A DNA stretch of 64,000 bases. It comes from Candidatus Poseidoniales archaeon. Its GTDB lineage: Archaea > Thermoplasmatota > Poseidoniia > Poseidoniales > Poseidoniaceae. A model generated the notes under the pieces. That model was given only the letters and a program-made list of their open reading frames with translations. It ran no database searches and was not told the origin of the DNA. The stretch covers positions 5,176 to 69,175 of the forward strand of contig JAYNUQ010000006.1 in the NCBI GenBank assembly GCA_038116375.1, written 5' to 3'. The translations under genes and the position numbers were made by a program. Positions 45,728 to 55,134 of this stretch are shown here, in pieces (within the stretch, counting starts at the first letter, position 1; every line of letters starts with the position of its first letter).

Positions 45728-48229
45728 TCATCGGCCATCGTTGACCCAGTAGGCGAAGCTTCTGGCGAACAAAAGTGCGCCAACCTCTGCATCACCAATG
45801 GAAAGAACCTCTGAACCAAAACGAGGCCAGTCCTCGACGGGACGAACCAACCATCCACCGTACGGGTGTGTTTTGAGTTGCGGAACCTGAAGGTTTTGTT
45901 CGTGCGCATACACCATTTCGTAGAGGTCTTTGAGGGGCTGGGTCTCGTCAACATCTTCGAGAAGATTGGCCCCAATGAGGTGCTCGGTTGACAATGTGAA
46001 TCCTGGATGATGGGAGTCTAGACCTGGATATCCACTCTTTTCGCCAACTGGCCTCGCACACTGAGCCAGCCACGAACACGCAAAGGATTCCAGCCATTGA
46101 CGGCCTGCATGACTCCCCAATTGAATGGCCAACCATTGATTTGCGTAGGTCGCCCACCAACGGTGAGGAAGCAATTCCATCAGCATCCTTTGCGTTTCAA
46201 CAAGCCATGGTTCTCGCTGACGGGCGATGTTGAGACCCTTCGCCCACGCATGCAAAAGTGTGCCACGGGGTTGTTCCAGAGCGATGGTGACCCATGCATC
46301 AATCAGCTCCTGATGAGCACCGAGGCGAACATCAAGAGGAGAGATCACGGATTCCAAGACCTCTTTTTCCAGCACGGGATCGGCAAACCATACCTCGGTC
46401 GCCTCGTGGAAGGTGGCTTGATGGTCGCTTCGCGAAAACTCAAGCGAGCAGAGGATGCATGCGGCGAAGACCGAACGGTTTGATGATGCCTTTTTCAATT
46501 CGTTGCGCCAGTGAAGAACATCTCCTGAATCCGTTGCTGAAGCGGCTTGAATTCGGAGGAGCGCCAAACGCTTCCATCCATCGCTCGCTCCAGCCATGGC
46601 GAGCGGGAGATGCTCCAGTGGGAGGTCGTCAACGGACAGCAAATCCACCCACCCCTCGGGCAGTCGAGCACGAAGCCGAAGCCAACGATTGGGGCGTTCT
46701 TCTGGAGGCGATACGATCCACGAAGCAAGAGGGTCGCTGAACTCCCACATGTTGGCTCGAGCCTCGTCGCCCAACGGATAGGAATCCAAAGCCTCAATCA
46801 ATCTCAATCCCGTTTCGCCTTGTGGCATTGCTTCTGTGAAGGGGGTCGTCGTGAGCATTGCTTGACGTTCCAGCAGTTCTCGTGCACTCTTTGGGACATT
46901 TATCACGTCGTCAACGTTCACTTGAAACGCTGATGTTGCGGACGTTAAATCCACACGAAGTGCTGTGCTGCGGCCCATACGAGCCACAACCGTGCCCATT
47001 TCATCCCCGTCGTGCAATGAGGGATGATTCACGTCATGAACACCTCCAGGTCCTCGGCGAGAGACAAAAGCCCTGCACAGCGGGTGTTCAAGCAGACGCT
47101 GAAGCCTCGAATCTGAAATGCGTTCAAAAGGCCAATCTATGACAAAAGGCACCCGAGCATGCTCGAGAACATGCTCGAGTAGAGCATGCCCGCCCTTGAC
47201 CGACATCCCATACATATCGGTGTACTTTTCGAGGGCGCTCTCACCGTTCCACACGACCTGTCCAAAGTCCATCAGTATGTCCCGCTCAAGCGAGGAAGGA
47301 GAGGTGGCAGTACTTTTTCCAAGGCCCGCTTTCAGTCCTTGATACAGTTCCTCAATTCGTTGGGGGTTCATTCGCGGATGTTTTTGCATCAACCAGTGCC
47401 TGAGGACCGTGAAGGGCAAAGTGCGCTGTTTCAGGGCGTGTCGGTCACCCATCTCGAGACCTTCTCGCCCCAGTGATTGAAGCAACAATGAACGATTGAG
47501 TGCAGAAGAGAGGTGAGCCCTTAACCCCCGCTGCGGAGCAAACCCATGGTTCGTCCCTGATACGACCCCGACCTCAATGTCCCCAGGTTGAAGACGGTGT
47601 GGAGGGGAAGAGGCTGCATCCAGTGAGAAACGTTGACCTTCAACAAGACGTCCCTCGCCATGACGTTCAAACACTTCACCTCGAACGAGGCCAATCCGTT
47701 GCACTTCGGGTTCAAAATCTGCAAGGGTGTTGTTTCGTTGGGGTGGAGCTTGACTTGGATGTCCGCCATCAAGGTCGTACCAGCGAACGTTCCGTTTCGG
47801 GGCAAGCACCCAAACCCCCCCTGTGTTTCCACTGGACTTTTCATGGTCGGACAACACCGGGTCGGGAATGAAGATGAGGGAGGATTCGGGAGATTCTGTA
47901 TAAGCAACCAACACGTTGTTTTCATCAGCGTGAAGGACCATCGGCTGGCGGTGAGCTCGGAGTTCCTCGGCGTACTGCATCATTTTGGCCACCGAATCCT
48001 CCGTGAGTCGCTGGACGCCAAGTTGGCTGAGGAACATGGGTGCGTTTCGTAAACCACCCGTTTCGTCCCGAGTGATGAGGCCAGCATCCCTCAATTGTCG
48101 ACACGCCAGTGAGGCATGCGGCATTCTCATTCCAAACTGATTCGCAAGTTCGGAAACCGTCGATGGCCCGCCACGCAACCACGATAGGATCTTGCGATGA
48201 GCAACCGAGCGAATGGAGCGAGAAGACAT
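45728..48229 (-). CDS. 833-aa protein with an N-terminal winged helix-turn-helix and an otherwise unrecognised body
   Basis: RKILSWLRGGPSTVSELANQFGMRMPHASLACRQLRDAGLITRD is ArsR/MarR-like wHTH. The remaining ~750 aa carry no motif I recognise. Confidence 0.75.
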   Translation of the reverse strand: MSSRSIRSVAHRKILSWLRGGPSTVSELANQFGMRMPHASLACRQLRDAGLITRDETGGLRNAPMFLSQLGVQRLTEDSVAKMMQYAEELRAHRQPMVLHADENNVLVAYTESPESSLIFIPDPVLSDHEKSSGNTGGVWVLAPKRNVRWYDLDGGHPSQAPPQRNNTLADFEPEVQRIGLVRGEVFERHGEGRLVEGQRFSLDAASSPPHRLQPGDIEVGVVSGTNHGFAPQRGLRAHLSSALNRSLLLQSLGREGLEMGDRHALKQRTLPFTVLRHWLMQKHPRMNPQRIEELYQGLKAGLGKSTATSPSSLERDILMDFGQVVWNGESALEKYTDMYGMSVKGGHALLEHVLEHARVPFVIDWPFERISDSRLQRLLEHPLCRAFVSRRGPGGVHDVNHPSLHDGDEMGTVVARMGRSTALRVDLTSATSAFQVNVDDVINVPKSARELLERQAMLTTTPFTEAMPQGETGLRLIEALDSYPLGDEARANMWEFSDPLASWIVSPPEERPNRWLRLRARLPEGWVDLLSVDDLPLEHLPLAMAGASDGWKRLALLRIQAASATDSGDVLHWRNELKKASSNRSVFAACILCSLEFSRSDHQATFHEATEVWFADPVLEKEVLESVISPLDVRLGAHQELIDAWVTIALEQPRGTLLHAWAKGLNIARQREPWLVETQRMLMELLPHRWWATYANQWLAIQLGSHAGRQWLESFACSWLAQCARPVGEKSGYPGLDSHHPGFTLSTEHLIGANLLEDVDETQPLKDLYEMVYAHEQNLQVPQLKTHPYGGWLVRPVEDWPRFGSEVLSIGDAEVGALLFARSFAYWVNDGR

Positions 48230-48315
48230 TACAGGTCACCTTTCTTCTCCCGAGGTATTTTACCCGATGTCAGATGCCCATAAAAGTCATTTGTTTGTTT
48301 CATTTAGTTATATAT

Positions 48316-48326
48316 TTCCACTGGAA
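48316..48326. promoter_or_regulatory. 11-nt dyad TTCCACTGGAA (minus strand gTTCCAGTGGAAA), mini-ORB-like or an operator
   Basis: Perfect 5-nt arms around one central base. It lies in the AT-rich 274-nt divergent intergenic region, adjacent to TATATA (48309-48314). Confidence 0.35.
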
Positions 48327-48503
48327 CTGTGAAAAATAACTTACTTGGAGGGGGCCCAGTGTGAGAAATACACCTATATTTTATCATCAAACGTAACCAA
48401 ATCGTCGGCGAAGGGAGGAACCATTATATCAGCAGCCTCGCTCCTGTAAAGTAGCGGCAAATCTCAGATGACACCGCATCCAAAACGACAGGAGGGACCA
48501 AAC

Positions 48504-48827
48504 ATGAAAACAACACGCATCCGTGAAAAAATCAAGAAATTCTTAGGCGACCGACCACGAAACACTGCAGAAATTCTGGAGTACATCAACAGCACGATGC
48601 GCCACGGTACCACCAGCCAGCAACTTGGCAACGTGCTCTCCAAAGACAAGGACATTGTCAAGGTCGGCTACATCAAGCGATCCGGCATTCTCTCCGGTGG
48701 CTACGACATCTGCGAATGGGCCACCCGTACCTGGGTTTCCGAGAACTGCCCAGAGTGGGTCGAGGGAACACCCATCATCGTTGACAGTGAAGGCAACTTC
48801 ATGACCAACGCAAATGAGAAGCTCTGA
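48504..48827 (+). CDS. small (107 aa) winged-helix-like protein, hypothetical
   Basis: ATG at 48504 with GGAGGG 7 nt upstream. The pattern RIREKIKKFLGDRPRNTAEILEYINS....TSQQLGNVLSKD is wHTH-like. By eye its GC is lower than that of the neighbours. Confidence 0.6.
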   Translation: MKTTRIREKIKKFLGDRPRNTAEILEYINSTMRHGTTSQQLGNVLSKDKDIVKVGYIKRSGILSGGYDICEWATRTWVSENCPEWVEGTPIIVDSEGNFMTNANEKL

Positions 48828-48869
48828 TACGGCATCCATTGCGTATTCTCGGCAGACCCCTCCTGTGGG

Positions 48870-49352
48870 TCACATGCTTTTGTCCCGCATCAACATGGTC
48901 ACGGACTTTTCCCCGTGATGCAGGACACCGACTTCCTCAAAGTGAAAACGGTGATGAAATCGCATCGAACCGGGATTGGGCGGTTCCAAGTTCACTTCTG
49001 CCGCAACGGGCACCTGCATGTCGGCGGCATGGGCAATGACCCTTTCGTAGAGCAAGGAACCGATGCCCTGACCACGATGCTGAGGGTGGACGGCGATTCG
49101 GTCAACGTAAATGAAGGCCTGAAATCTCTGGTTAAACCAAGCGTAATTGAGGCTCCCATAACGTGTTCCTGGCGAGAGACAGATCACGAATCCGACCAAT
49201 TCGTCGTTATCGAACGCTCCTTGAGAAAATTCGGAAAGGGTGAGCAGCGCCAGTATTTCGTTTTGGGTGACTTGACCGGTCCCCGGCAGTCCGTCTTCAT
49301 TGATGGCCCATATGGACGAAACATCGTCGTGCGACAACGCTCGTATGTCCAT
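48870..49352 (-). CDS. GNAT-family N-acetyltransferase
   Basis: Acetyl-CoA binding motif VHPQHRGQGIGSLLY. Confidence 0.8.
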   Translation of the reverse strand: MDIRALSHDDVSSIWAINEDGLPGTGQVTQNEILALLTLSEFSQGAFDNDELVGFVICLSPGTRYGSLNYAWFNQRFQAFIYVDRIAVHPQHRGQGIGSLLYERVIAHAADMQVPVAAEVNLEPPNPGSMRFHHRFHFEEVGVLHHGEKSVTMLMRDKSM

Positions 49353-49426
49353 GCAATACGGTTTGCAAGGCGGTTAATGGGGCGTACGGTTCCAACGACC
49401 TGGCTTTCGTGCCAGGAGGTGCGTGC

Positions 49427-50374
49427 TCAGCGACCTTCGAAAATGGCCATGGCCTTGTCAACCGACGCGCCCTTGCAGATGATGGCATGGGAGGCTGCAG
49501 CCATACGAACCGCTTCTTCAGTTTCCTTTTGGTGAATGTTTCGACCCGTTGCAGCGCCTCGGCAACCCGAGACGTTCATCTGGTCGTGAAGGCGTTGCAG
49601 GAATTCACGGGGAGGCAAGGAGCCTCCGCCCGAACAGATGATGCCCGTACGACCCGCAGCCTCAACGGCTATTTTGAGGGATTCCGGTTGCGTCATCCCC
49701 TCGAAGGCCTTCGGATAGTTGACCTTGGCGAAATCGGCACCGATGCAACTGGCCACACCTGCAGCCCCTGAGATGAGTTGCGGATCCTTTTCATCAGCGA
49801 CGGCTTGTCCTCGAGGGTACATCCACACCACTGAAATCATGCCGAGTTCGTGCGCTTGGCGAATAAAGTGTGCGGCCTCTGTGAGCATTTCATGTTCGTA
49901 TTCACTGCCGATGTAGACGGTGTAGCCAATGCCCACCACGTTGATGCCGTTGTGAACCAGCGACATGACGTCGTCCATGTCCCAAAGCGCCTGGCTGATG
50001 GGGTCACGCTGTGCGGTCTTGACCAGGTGAGATTTGGAATTCAGCTTGACGAGATACGGAATGTCAGGGTAATCTCGAGCGTATTGTGCAATCAAGCCGC
50101 ACTGGCCCGCAAGAACACCGATGGTGCCCTCTGCATGAGCTCGCGCTCCAATTTCAAACAGATGACCCGGGTCGTTGGACGAAAGGGGGATGGCCTTACC
50201 GCCATCGTAGAAGTCATCGTTCAAGTGCTCGATTTTCTGGTCGCAAGCGAAGAGGTTCATGGAACCGGTGCCGGCCGTGGCGGCGTGCATGTTGTCGAGG
50301 TACGTCTCGATCAGTTCGTCAGGAACATCGGCTGGAACGTTGATTTCGCTCATGGATATCACGTCGTCAATCAC
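49427..50374 (-). CDS. class I fructose-bisphosphate aldolase, DhnA/FbaB (archaeal) family (or the related ADH synthase)
   Basis: TIM-barrel pattern with the Schiff-base region IGADFAKVNYP. The length is typical. Confidence 0.7.
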   Translation of the reverse strand: MIDDVISMSEINVPADVPDELIETYLDNMHAATAGTGSMNLFACDQKIEHLNDDFYDGGKAIPLSSNDPGHLFEIGARAHAEGTIGVLAGQCGLIAQYARDYPDIPYLVKLNSKSHLVKTAQRDPISQALWDMDDVMSLVHNGINVVGIGYTVYIGSEYEHEMLTEAAHFIRQAHELGMISVVWMYPRGQAVADEKDPQLISGAAGVASCIGADFAKVNYPKAFEGMTQPESLKIAVEAAGRTGIICSGGGSLPPREFLQRLHDQMNVSGCRGAATGRNIHQKETEEAVRMAAASHAIICKGASVDKAMAIFEGR

Positions 50375-51261
50375 TCGCCGGTGAAGTTGGCGACACGCTT
50401 CTCAACATAAGCGGCGATGCCTTCCTTGGCGTCGCTGCTGTTGAAGAGCGCTGCTTGGAGTTCTCGCTCGAGGGCCAAGTGGTACTCAAAGGGAATTTCA
50501 GGGCCGGTCTGACAGGAACGCTTGATGTTGCCAACGGCCTTGACGGCCTTGTTGGGCAGGGTGAACTGGCTGCACCAGTCGAGAATGTCCCGGCGGAAAT
50601 CATCGGCGTCGCCTTCCCAGATGTGATTGATGAGGTTGCAGGCGTGGGCGTCCTCGAAGGACATCAGTTCGCCAGTGACCATCATTTCGAGGGCCTTGGC
50701 TTTCCCGATGAGGCGAGTCAAGCGAGCGGTACCGCCGGTACCTGCGAGCACACCGAGGTTGATCTCCGGCAATCCGACCTTGCCCGAGTTCTTTCGTGCA
50801 ATGCGGATGTCGGCCGCCATGGCGATTTCGAGTCCACCACCAACGGCGTGTCCGTTGATGGCACAGACAACGAGTTTGGAGGTCTGCTCAAGGCGAGAGA
50901 GGGTCTCGTTGGCGTGGAGACAGAAGTTGTACTTGAAGCCGGGACTGACGCTGTTCAGCATTTGAATGGAAGCACCTGCTGAGAAAAAGGAAGCACCGTT
51001 TCCGGTCAGGACGATGCAGGTGACGCTGTCGTCAAAGCGTGCACGGACGATGGCTTCGTCAATGTCTCGCATCATGCCGTGGGTGTAGGTGTTGGGTGAG
51101 CGGTCGTTTGGCCCCTCAAGCGGCGCACCGGCCGAGTCGGACGTCAGTTCAATCACGGCAATACCGTTCTCGGTGACGCCGTAGTTGACAAGGCGGTTGG
51201 GCATCGGTTCAAGTTTCAATCCGTAGAGGTCGCTCATGCCTTGACCGACAGGGGTTGGCAT
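50371..51261 (-). CDS. enoyl-CoA hydratase/isomerase (crotonase) family protein
   Basis: FFSAGASIQML and INGHAVGGGLEIAMAADIRIA. There is a 4-nt overlap with the downstream aldolase gene. Confidence 0.85.
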   Translation of the reverse strand: MPTPVGQGMSDLYGLKLEPMPNRLVNYGVTENGIAVIELTSDSAGAPLEGPNDRSPNTYTHGMMRDIDEAIVRARFDDSVTCIVLTGNGASFFSAGASIQMLNSVSPGFKYNFCLHANETLSRLEQTSKLVVCAINGHAVGGGLEIAMAADIRIARKNSGKVGLPEINLGVLAGTGGTARLTRLIGKAKALEMMVTGELMSFEDAHACNLINHIWEGDADDFRRDILDWCSQFTLPNKAVKAVGNIKRSCQTGPEIPFEYHLALERELQAALFNSSDAKEGIAAYVEKRVANFTGE

Positions 51262-52544
51262 TAAGAAGAAATCGCTGTGTTTTCTTGCTCTGCGCCATCG
51301 CTTTCCTTGTCATCGGCGAAGGAAACATGACCGCCCCCTCGGCGTACGGTGTTCCACTGGTCGCCAACAGCTTGTGCGGCCGGAGACGGTTGCCAGACAT
51401 CCCGCTTCAGGGCGGGTCGGAACGGAAGTCGTCGAACGCCCCTTCCGTGGGCTTTAGGGTCGCTGACCAGCATGAACGGACTCACGGCTCGGTACAGGAG
51501 ACGCTTGAAGAGGGTGGGGCGGAAGAGTTTCCCGATCCAAATCAGACCGTCGCCCCGTTTCTTCTGGTCCTTCATCCAGGCCTTGCACATTCGTTTGAAC
51601 GTCCGGTCTCCAACACGGTTCATCAGCCAGCGGTTGGCCACACTGGTTCGCACGTAGGGCATCAGATGCTTTCGAACGTCCTGTTCGTAATCACCCTGCC
51701 CGAGAATGTCCTTTGCAGCGAGGACGCCCGACCAGACGGCCATTCGCATGCCAAAGCCCCACATGAAATCCTGCAGGCCGCCGGATTCGCCGACGTAATA
51801 ACGGCCGTCTTGCTTGTAATTTCGATTGATGGTAAAGTCGCCCTTTCCACCGACGCGCTTGATCGGTTGTCGGTTGAGGTTCGGATAGTGGGCCTCGTAC
51901 CAAGCGATGGTTTCGTTGAGGAAGCGTTCTGATTTACGCTGTTTGCGCCACAAACAGGTGCAGATGAGTCCAACCCCGTCAATGATGATGAGGTAGGAGT
52001 AGGACCCGGGCGCTAATTTGTCGTTCAATTGAAACCCGATGTGGTTGGGGTGGTCCGTGCGAAAGATCTCACCGTACGCAACGGCAGAGGTGCCTTTGGG
52101 GCCGCAGGCAATGATGGTGCAGTCCTCTTCCTTGACCCTCGACTTGTAGTGAATGTGCACACCCGCTTCAATCGCCTGCCGCTTGAAACCTTGGTCGATG
52201 GTGTGGTCGGACGTGCCACGTTCCACGATGCGGTAGGCAGCACCGTCGGTGTAGGCCTGCGTGATTTCATCATCGGGGTGAATCAAATCCACCGTGTCAA
52301 ACGAGGTCGCTTTGAACGTGGATGCATCCAACCCCCAGGCGTTGAGTTGTTCAAAAAAATCAACGTCCATGCTCCAATTTTCAAGGGCTTGAAAGTCACC
52401 GTCAAACCGGGCGCCTGAGTCTTCTCGTATGTCATGGACGTGAACTTCTCTGCCGGCCTTCGCCAGAAGGATGGCGGCAGCCAAACCCGACAATCCTGCA
52501 CCCATGACGTGAATGGGTTTGGATGCGTCAGAGGCATCGGCCAT
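51261..52544 (-). CDS. FAD-dependent oxidoreductase, geranylgeranyl-reductase-like
   Basis: From MADASDASKPIHVMGAGLSGLAAAILLAKAGREVHVHD (a GxGxxG dinucleotide fold), with a later GESGG. The ORF opens at 52808, but that extension overlaps moaE and is Ser/Thr-rich junk. Confidence 0.7.
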   Translation of the reverse strand: MADASDASKPIHVMGAGLSGLAAAILLAKAGREVHVHDIREDSGARFDGDFQALENWSMDVDFFEQLNAWGLDASTFKATSFDTVDLIHPDDEITQAYTDGAAYRIVERGTSDHTIDQGFKRQAIEAGVHIHYKSRVKEEDCTIIACGPKGTSAVAYGEIFRTDHPNHIGFQLNDKLAPGSYSYLIIIDGVGLICTCLWRKQRKSERFLNETIAWYEAHYPNLNRQPIKRVGGKGDFTINRNYKQDGRYYVGESGGLQDFMWGFGMRMAVWSGVLAAKDILGQGDYEQDVRKHLMPYVRTSVANRWLMNRVGDRTFKRMCKAWMKDQKKRGDGLIWIGKLFRPTLFKRLLYRAVSPFMLVSDPKAHGRGVRRLPFRPALKRDVWQPSPAAQAVGDQWNTVRRGGGHVSFADDKESDGAEQENTAISS

Positions 52545-52596
52545 GCATGGCCATGGAGGCGTGAGGTTTGAATGATGTGCTTCTCTCGTTGGGCCC

Positions 52597-53022
52597 ATGA
52601 CGGGCTTTGTGTTGGTGGAAGAGGCACCTGATGTTCTTCGCCCGGACACGCTGCGAAGTCGATTGAACACCGAAGGGTGTGGTGCTGTTGTCAGTTTTGT
52701 CGGGCTCACTCGAGAAACCGAAGGCGAGGCCGACGTGCTCCGTTTGGAGTTTGACGCATGGCAGGACAAATTAACGCCGGTGCTCAAAGATTTGGCAGAA
52801 CAAGCCATTCAGAACTTTGGGGTCCTGGCGGTTGCGATGGCACATCGGACCGGTTCTGTGGGACCGCAGGAGCCCATTGTCGCCATCCACGTCGGCAGCC
52901 CTCATCGAAAAGAGGCCTTCCGAGCCTGCGAGTGGTTGATTGACGAATTGAAGATGCAAGCACCCATATGGAAGAAAGAGGTCACCTCCGAAGGGGAGAC
53001 CTGGAAGGAGGGATTGGGTTGA
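52597..53022 (+). CDS. moaE: molybdopterin synthase catalytic subunit
   Basis: VVSFVGLTRE, AMAHRTGSVGPQEPIVAIHVGSPHRKEAFRACEWLIDELKMQAPIWKKE. Confidence 0.85.
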   Translation: MTGFVLVEEAPDVLRPDTLRSRLNTEGCGAVVSFVGLTRETEGEADVLRLEFDAWQDKLTPVLKDLAEQAIQNFGVLAVAMAHRTGSVGPQEPIVAIHVGSPHRKEAFRACEWLIDELKMQAPIWKKEVTSEGETWKEGLG

Positions 53023-53471
53023 GCGAGAAATCCATCGAAGGCATCGTCAACATCGGAACGAAACCCGTGGTCGAACGACGTGCGACGGCGCAAGGCCGAC
53101 TCGTGCTGCAAACCGCAACCAAGACGGCGATCGTAAGCGGTGAAGTCTCCAAGGGCGATGTATTGGAAGCCTCGACCATTGCCGCCATCCAAGCGGTAAA
53201 GGAAACGCCACGCATCGTGCCCCACTGCCACCCCATCCCTCTCGAAGGCACGGACGTAAACTGGCGATGGAACGGCAACGATCTGTGGTGCACGGTCACC
53301 GTTTCGGCGCACTACAAAACAGGAATTGAGATGGAAGCCCTCACCGGAGTGGCTGCGGGCCTGCTGTGCGCCTTTGACATGGTCAAATCCCTGGAAAAGG
53401 ACAGCGAGGGTCAATACCCTGCCGCTCGCATCACCGACCTGGAAGTGGTTGAGAAATTCAAGGGGAACTGA
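53019..53471 (+). CDS. moaC: cyclic pyranopterin monophosphate synthase accessory protein
   Basis: KGDVLEASTIAAIQAVKETPRIVPHCHPIPL and KTGIEMEALTGVAAGLLCAFDMVK. I chose the TTG at 53019, which gives a TTGA overlap with the moaE stop. An alternative ATG lies at 52968. Confidence 0.85.
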   Translation: MSEKSIEGIVNIGTKPVVERRATAQGRLVLQTATKTAIVSGEVSKGDVLEASTIAAIQAVKETPRIVPHCHPIPLEGTDVNWRWNGNDLWCTVTVSAHYKTGIEMEALTGVAAGLLCAFDMVKSLEKDSEGQYPAARITDLEVVEKFKGN

Positions 53472-53483
53472 ACCGTTGTATTG

Positions 53484-54464
53484 ATGGCGCTCCCGCGTTT
53501 CCAAGCGTTCATGGGCCTCACCACCGACCTCGCACATCATTTCCTTGAGGCCGTGGACCAAGCCGCCATCGCCAGTGCGGCATGGCGCGGAAAAGGCGAC
53601 AAAAACGCAGCTGACGACGCTGCCGTTGAAGCGATGCGCCGAACCTTTGACAACGTGCCGTTTGACGGTCGAGTCGCCATTGGCGAAGGAGAACGCGACG
53701 ACGCACCCATGCTCTACATCGGCGAGGAACTCGGCTCGATGATCGGCGTTGCAGGTGCACCTCGCATCGACATCGCCGTTGACCCGTTGGAATGCACCAA
53801 CAATTGTGCCGACGACCAGCCCAATTCCATTGCCGTCCTCGCAGCCGCACCGCGAGGTACCCTCCTCCACGCACCGGATTGCTACATGGACAAGTTGGCG
53901 ACAGGCCCTGCACTCGCTGAGCACGTTTCCCTTGACGGCGGCGTGGCTTACAACATCGAGCAAGCCATGCACGTGCTTGATTGCGAGGCGAGTGAGGTGC
54001 GCATCGTGGCCCTTGACCGCGAGCGCCACCACGACCTCTTCAAGGACATTCGGAACACGGGTGCACAACTTCACCTCCTGGGTGATGGCGATGTATCTGG
54101 AGCCATATGGGCTGCCAAAGAGGACGGCCCGTTTGACATGTTGATGGGCATCGGAGCGGCACCCGAAGGCGTGATTTCCGCCACGGCCATACTCGGTCTT
54201 GGCGGTATGTTCGAAGGCCGGCTCGTGTTTCGTTCGGACGAAGAAGAAAAGAGGGCAGAAACGATGGTCAACGACGATCTGACCCGCTTGTGGAAAGCCA
54301 GCGACCTTTGCCAGAGCGAGGACGCCATTTTCGCTGCGGCTGGCGTGTGCGACGGCTACCTCCCCGGTGTCACCATCGACGGCGGATTCACCACCACCCA
54401 CAACGAACTCATCGACGTCTCGACGAAGTCCGTGGTTCGCTCGGAAAAGCGCCGTCCTGCATGA
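53484..54464 (+). CDS. glpX: class II fructose-1,6-bisphosphatase (GlpX type)
   Basis: AAWRGKGDKNAADDAAVEAMR, GEGERDDAPML, DPLECTN and the C-terminal region are typical of GlpX. Confidence 0.85.
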   Translation: MALPRFQAFMGLTTDLAHHFLEAVDQAAIASAAWRGKGDKNAADDAAVEAMRRTFDNVPFDGRVAIGEGERDDAPMLYIGEELGSMIGVAGAPRIDIAVDPLECTNNCADDQPNSIAVLAAAPRGTLLHAPDCYMDKLATGPALAEHVSLDGGVAYNIEQAMHVLDCEASEVRIVALDRERHHDLFKDIRNTGAQLHLLGDGDVSGAIWAAKEDGPFDMLMGIGAAPEGVISATAILGLGGMFEGRLVFRSDEEEKRAETMVNDDLTRLWKASDLCQSEDAIFAAAGVCDGYLPGVTIDGGFTTTHNELIDVSTKSVVRSEKRRPA

Positions 54465-54481
54465 AACGATGAGGCACCAGC

Positions 54482-55105
54482 ATGGCACAACAGCTGCGGA
54501 TTGATGTGCGCCTCCCACAAGGGCACTGGGCAGGAGACGTGACCCGAAACCATCCATCCGCCACGCTCCGCATTGAGCAGCACATGCCCCTCAGCAAAGG
54601 GCGAGGGACCGCCCGCTGTTGGTCAAATGAAGACCTGCATCAAACCGTTCGGGACCACCACGGCATTGACCAGTGCACCCATCCCGAAGACGGTCGGTTC
54701 TCGGTTGATATCTCAGCGGGAGGTGGCGGCTTTTTGCGACCGTTGGTTGACCTCGGCGTGGTACCTCGTACCCCCTTTGAAGTGCGCGATGGCTGGGTTG
54801 AATGGACGGTGGAGGGGAGCAGAGAAACGATGAGAGAGTTGGTCAACCGGTTTCGCACCGACGAAATACCGCACCGTTTGCTCTCCACGAGGAGTACAGG
54901 TACAAAGCTGCTCACGCCGCGCCAGCGAGAAGTCTTCGAAGTGGCCTCAAGAGAAGGTTACTGGGACGTGCCGCGACGCATCAATTTGACCGAGTTGGCC
55001 GCCTTGCTCAACGTGGCAAAATCCACGCTCTCAAATCAGCTCCAACGCATTGAGTCTGCGGTGTTCCATGCCTTTACCGAAGAGATTCGTCGCCAAAGTG
55101 GCTAA
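54482..55105 (+). CDS. HTH_10 (bacterio-opsin-activator-type) transcriptional regulator
   Basis: C-terminal LTPRQREVFEVASREGYWDVPRRINLTELAALLNVAKSTLSNQLQRIE. Confidence 0.8.
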   Translation: MAQQLRIDVRLPQGHWAGDVTRNHPSATLRIEQHMPLSKGRGTARCWSNEDLHQTVRDHHGIDQCTHPEDGRFSVDISAGGGGFLRPLVDLGVVPRTPFEVRDGWVEWTVEGSRETMRELVNRFRTDEIPHRLLSTRSTGTKLLTPRQREVFEVASREGYWDVPRRINLTELAALLNVAKSTLSNQLQRIESAVFHAFTEEIRRQSG

Positions 55106-55127
55106 CATGTTCGGGCGAACATGTTCG
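55102..55127. promoter_or_regulatory. tandem palindromic operator candidate: two copies of AACATGTTCG, the second within the 12-nt perfect palindrome CGAACATGTTCG
   Basis: Copies lie at 55104-55113 and 55118-55127. The first overlaps the regulator stop codon. The second ends 7 nt before the TATA-like element. Confidence 0.45.
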
Positions 55128-55134
55128 TAAAGGG

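Noticed and set aside
52902-54557. 551-aa ORF on the minus strand spanning moaC and glpX
   Set aside because: It is antisense to two genes with unmistakable family motifs. The translation is Arg/Gly/Val/His-rich with no motif. This is the typical long shadow ORF of GC-rich DNA.
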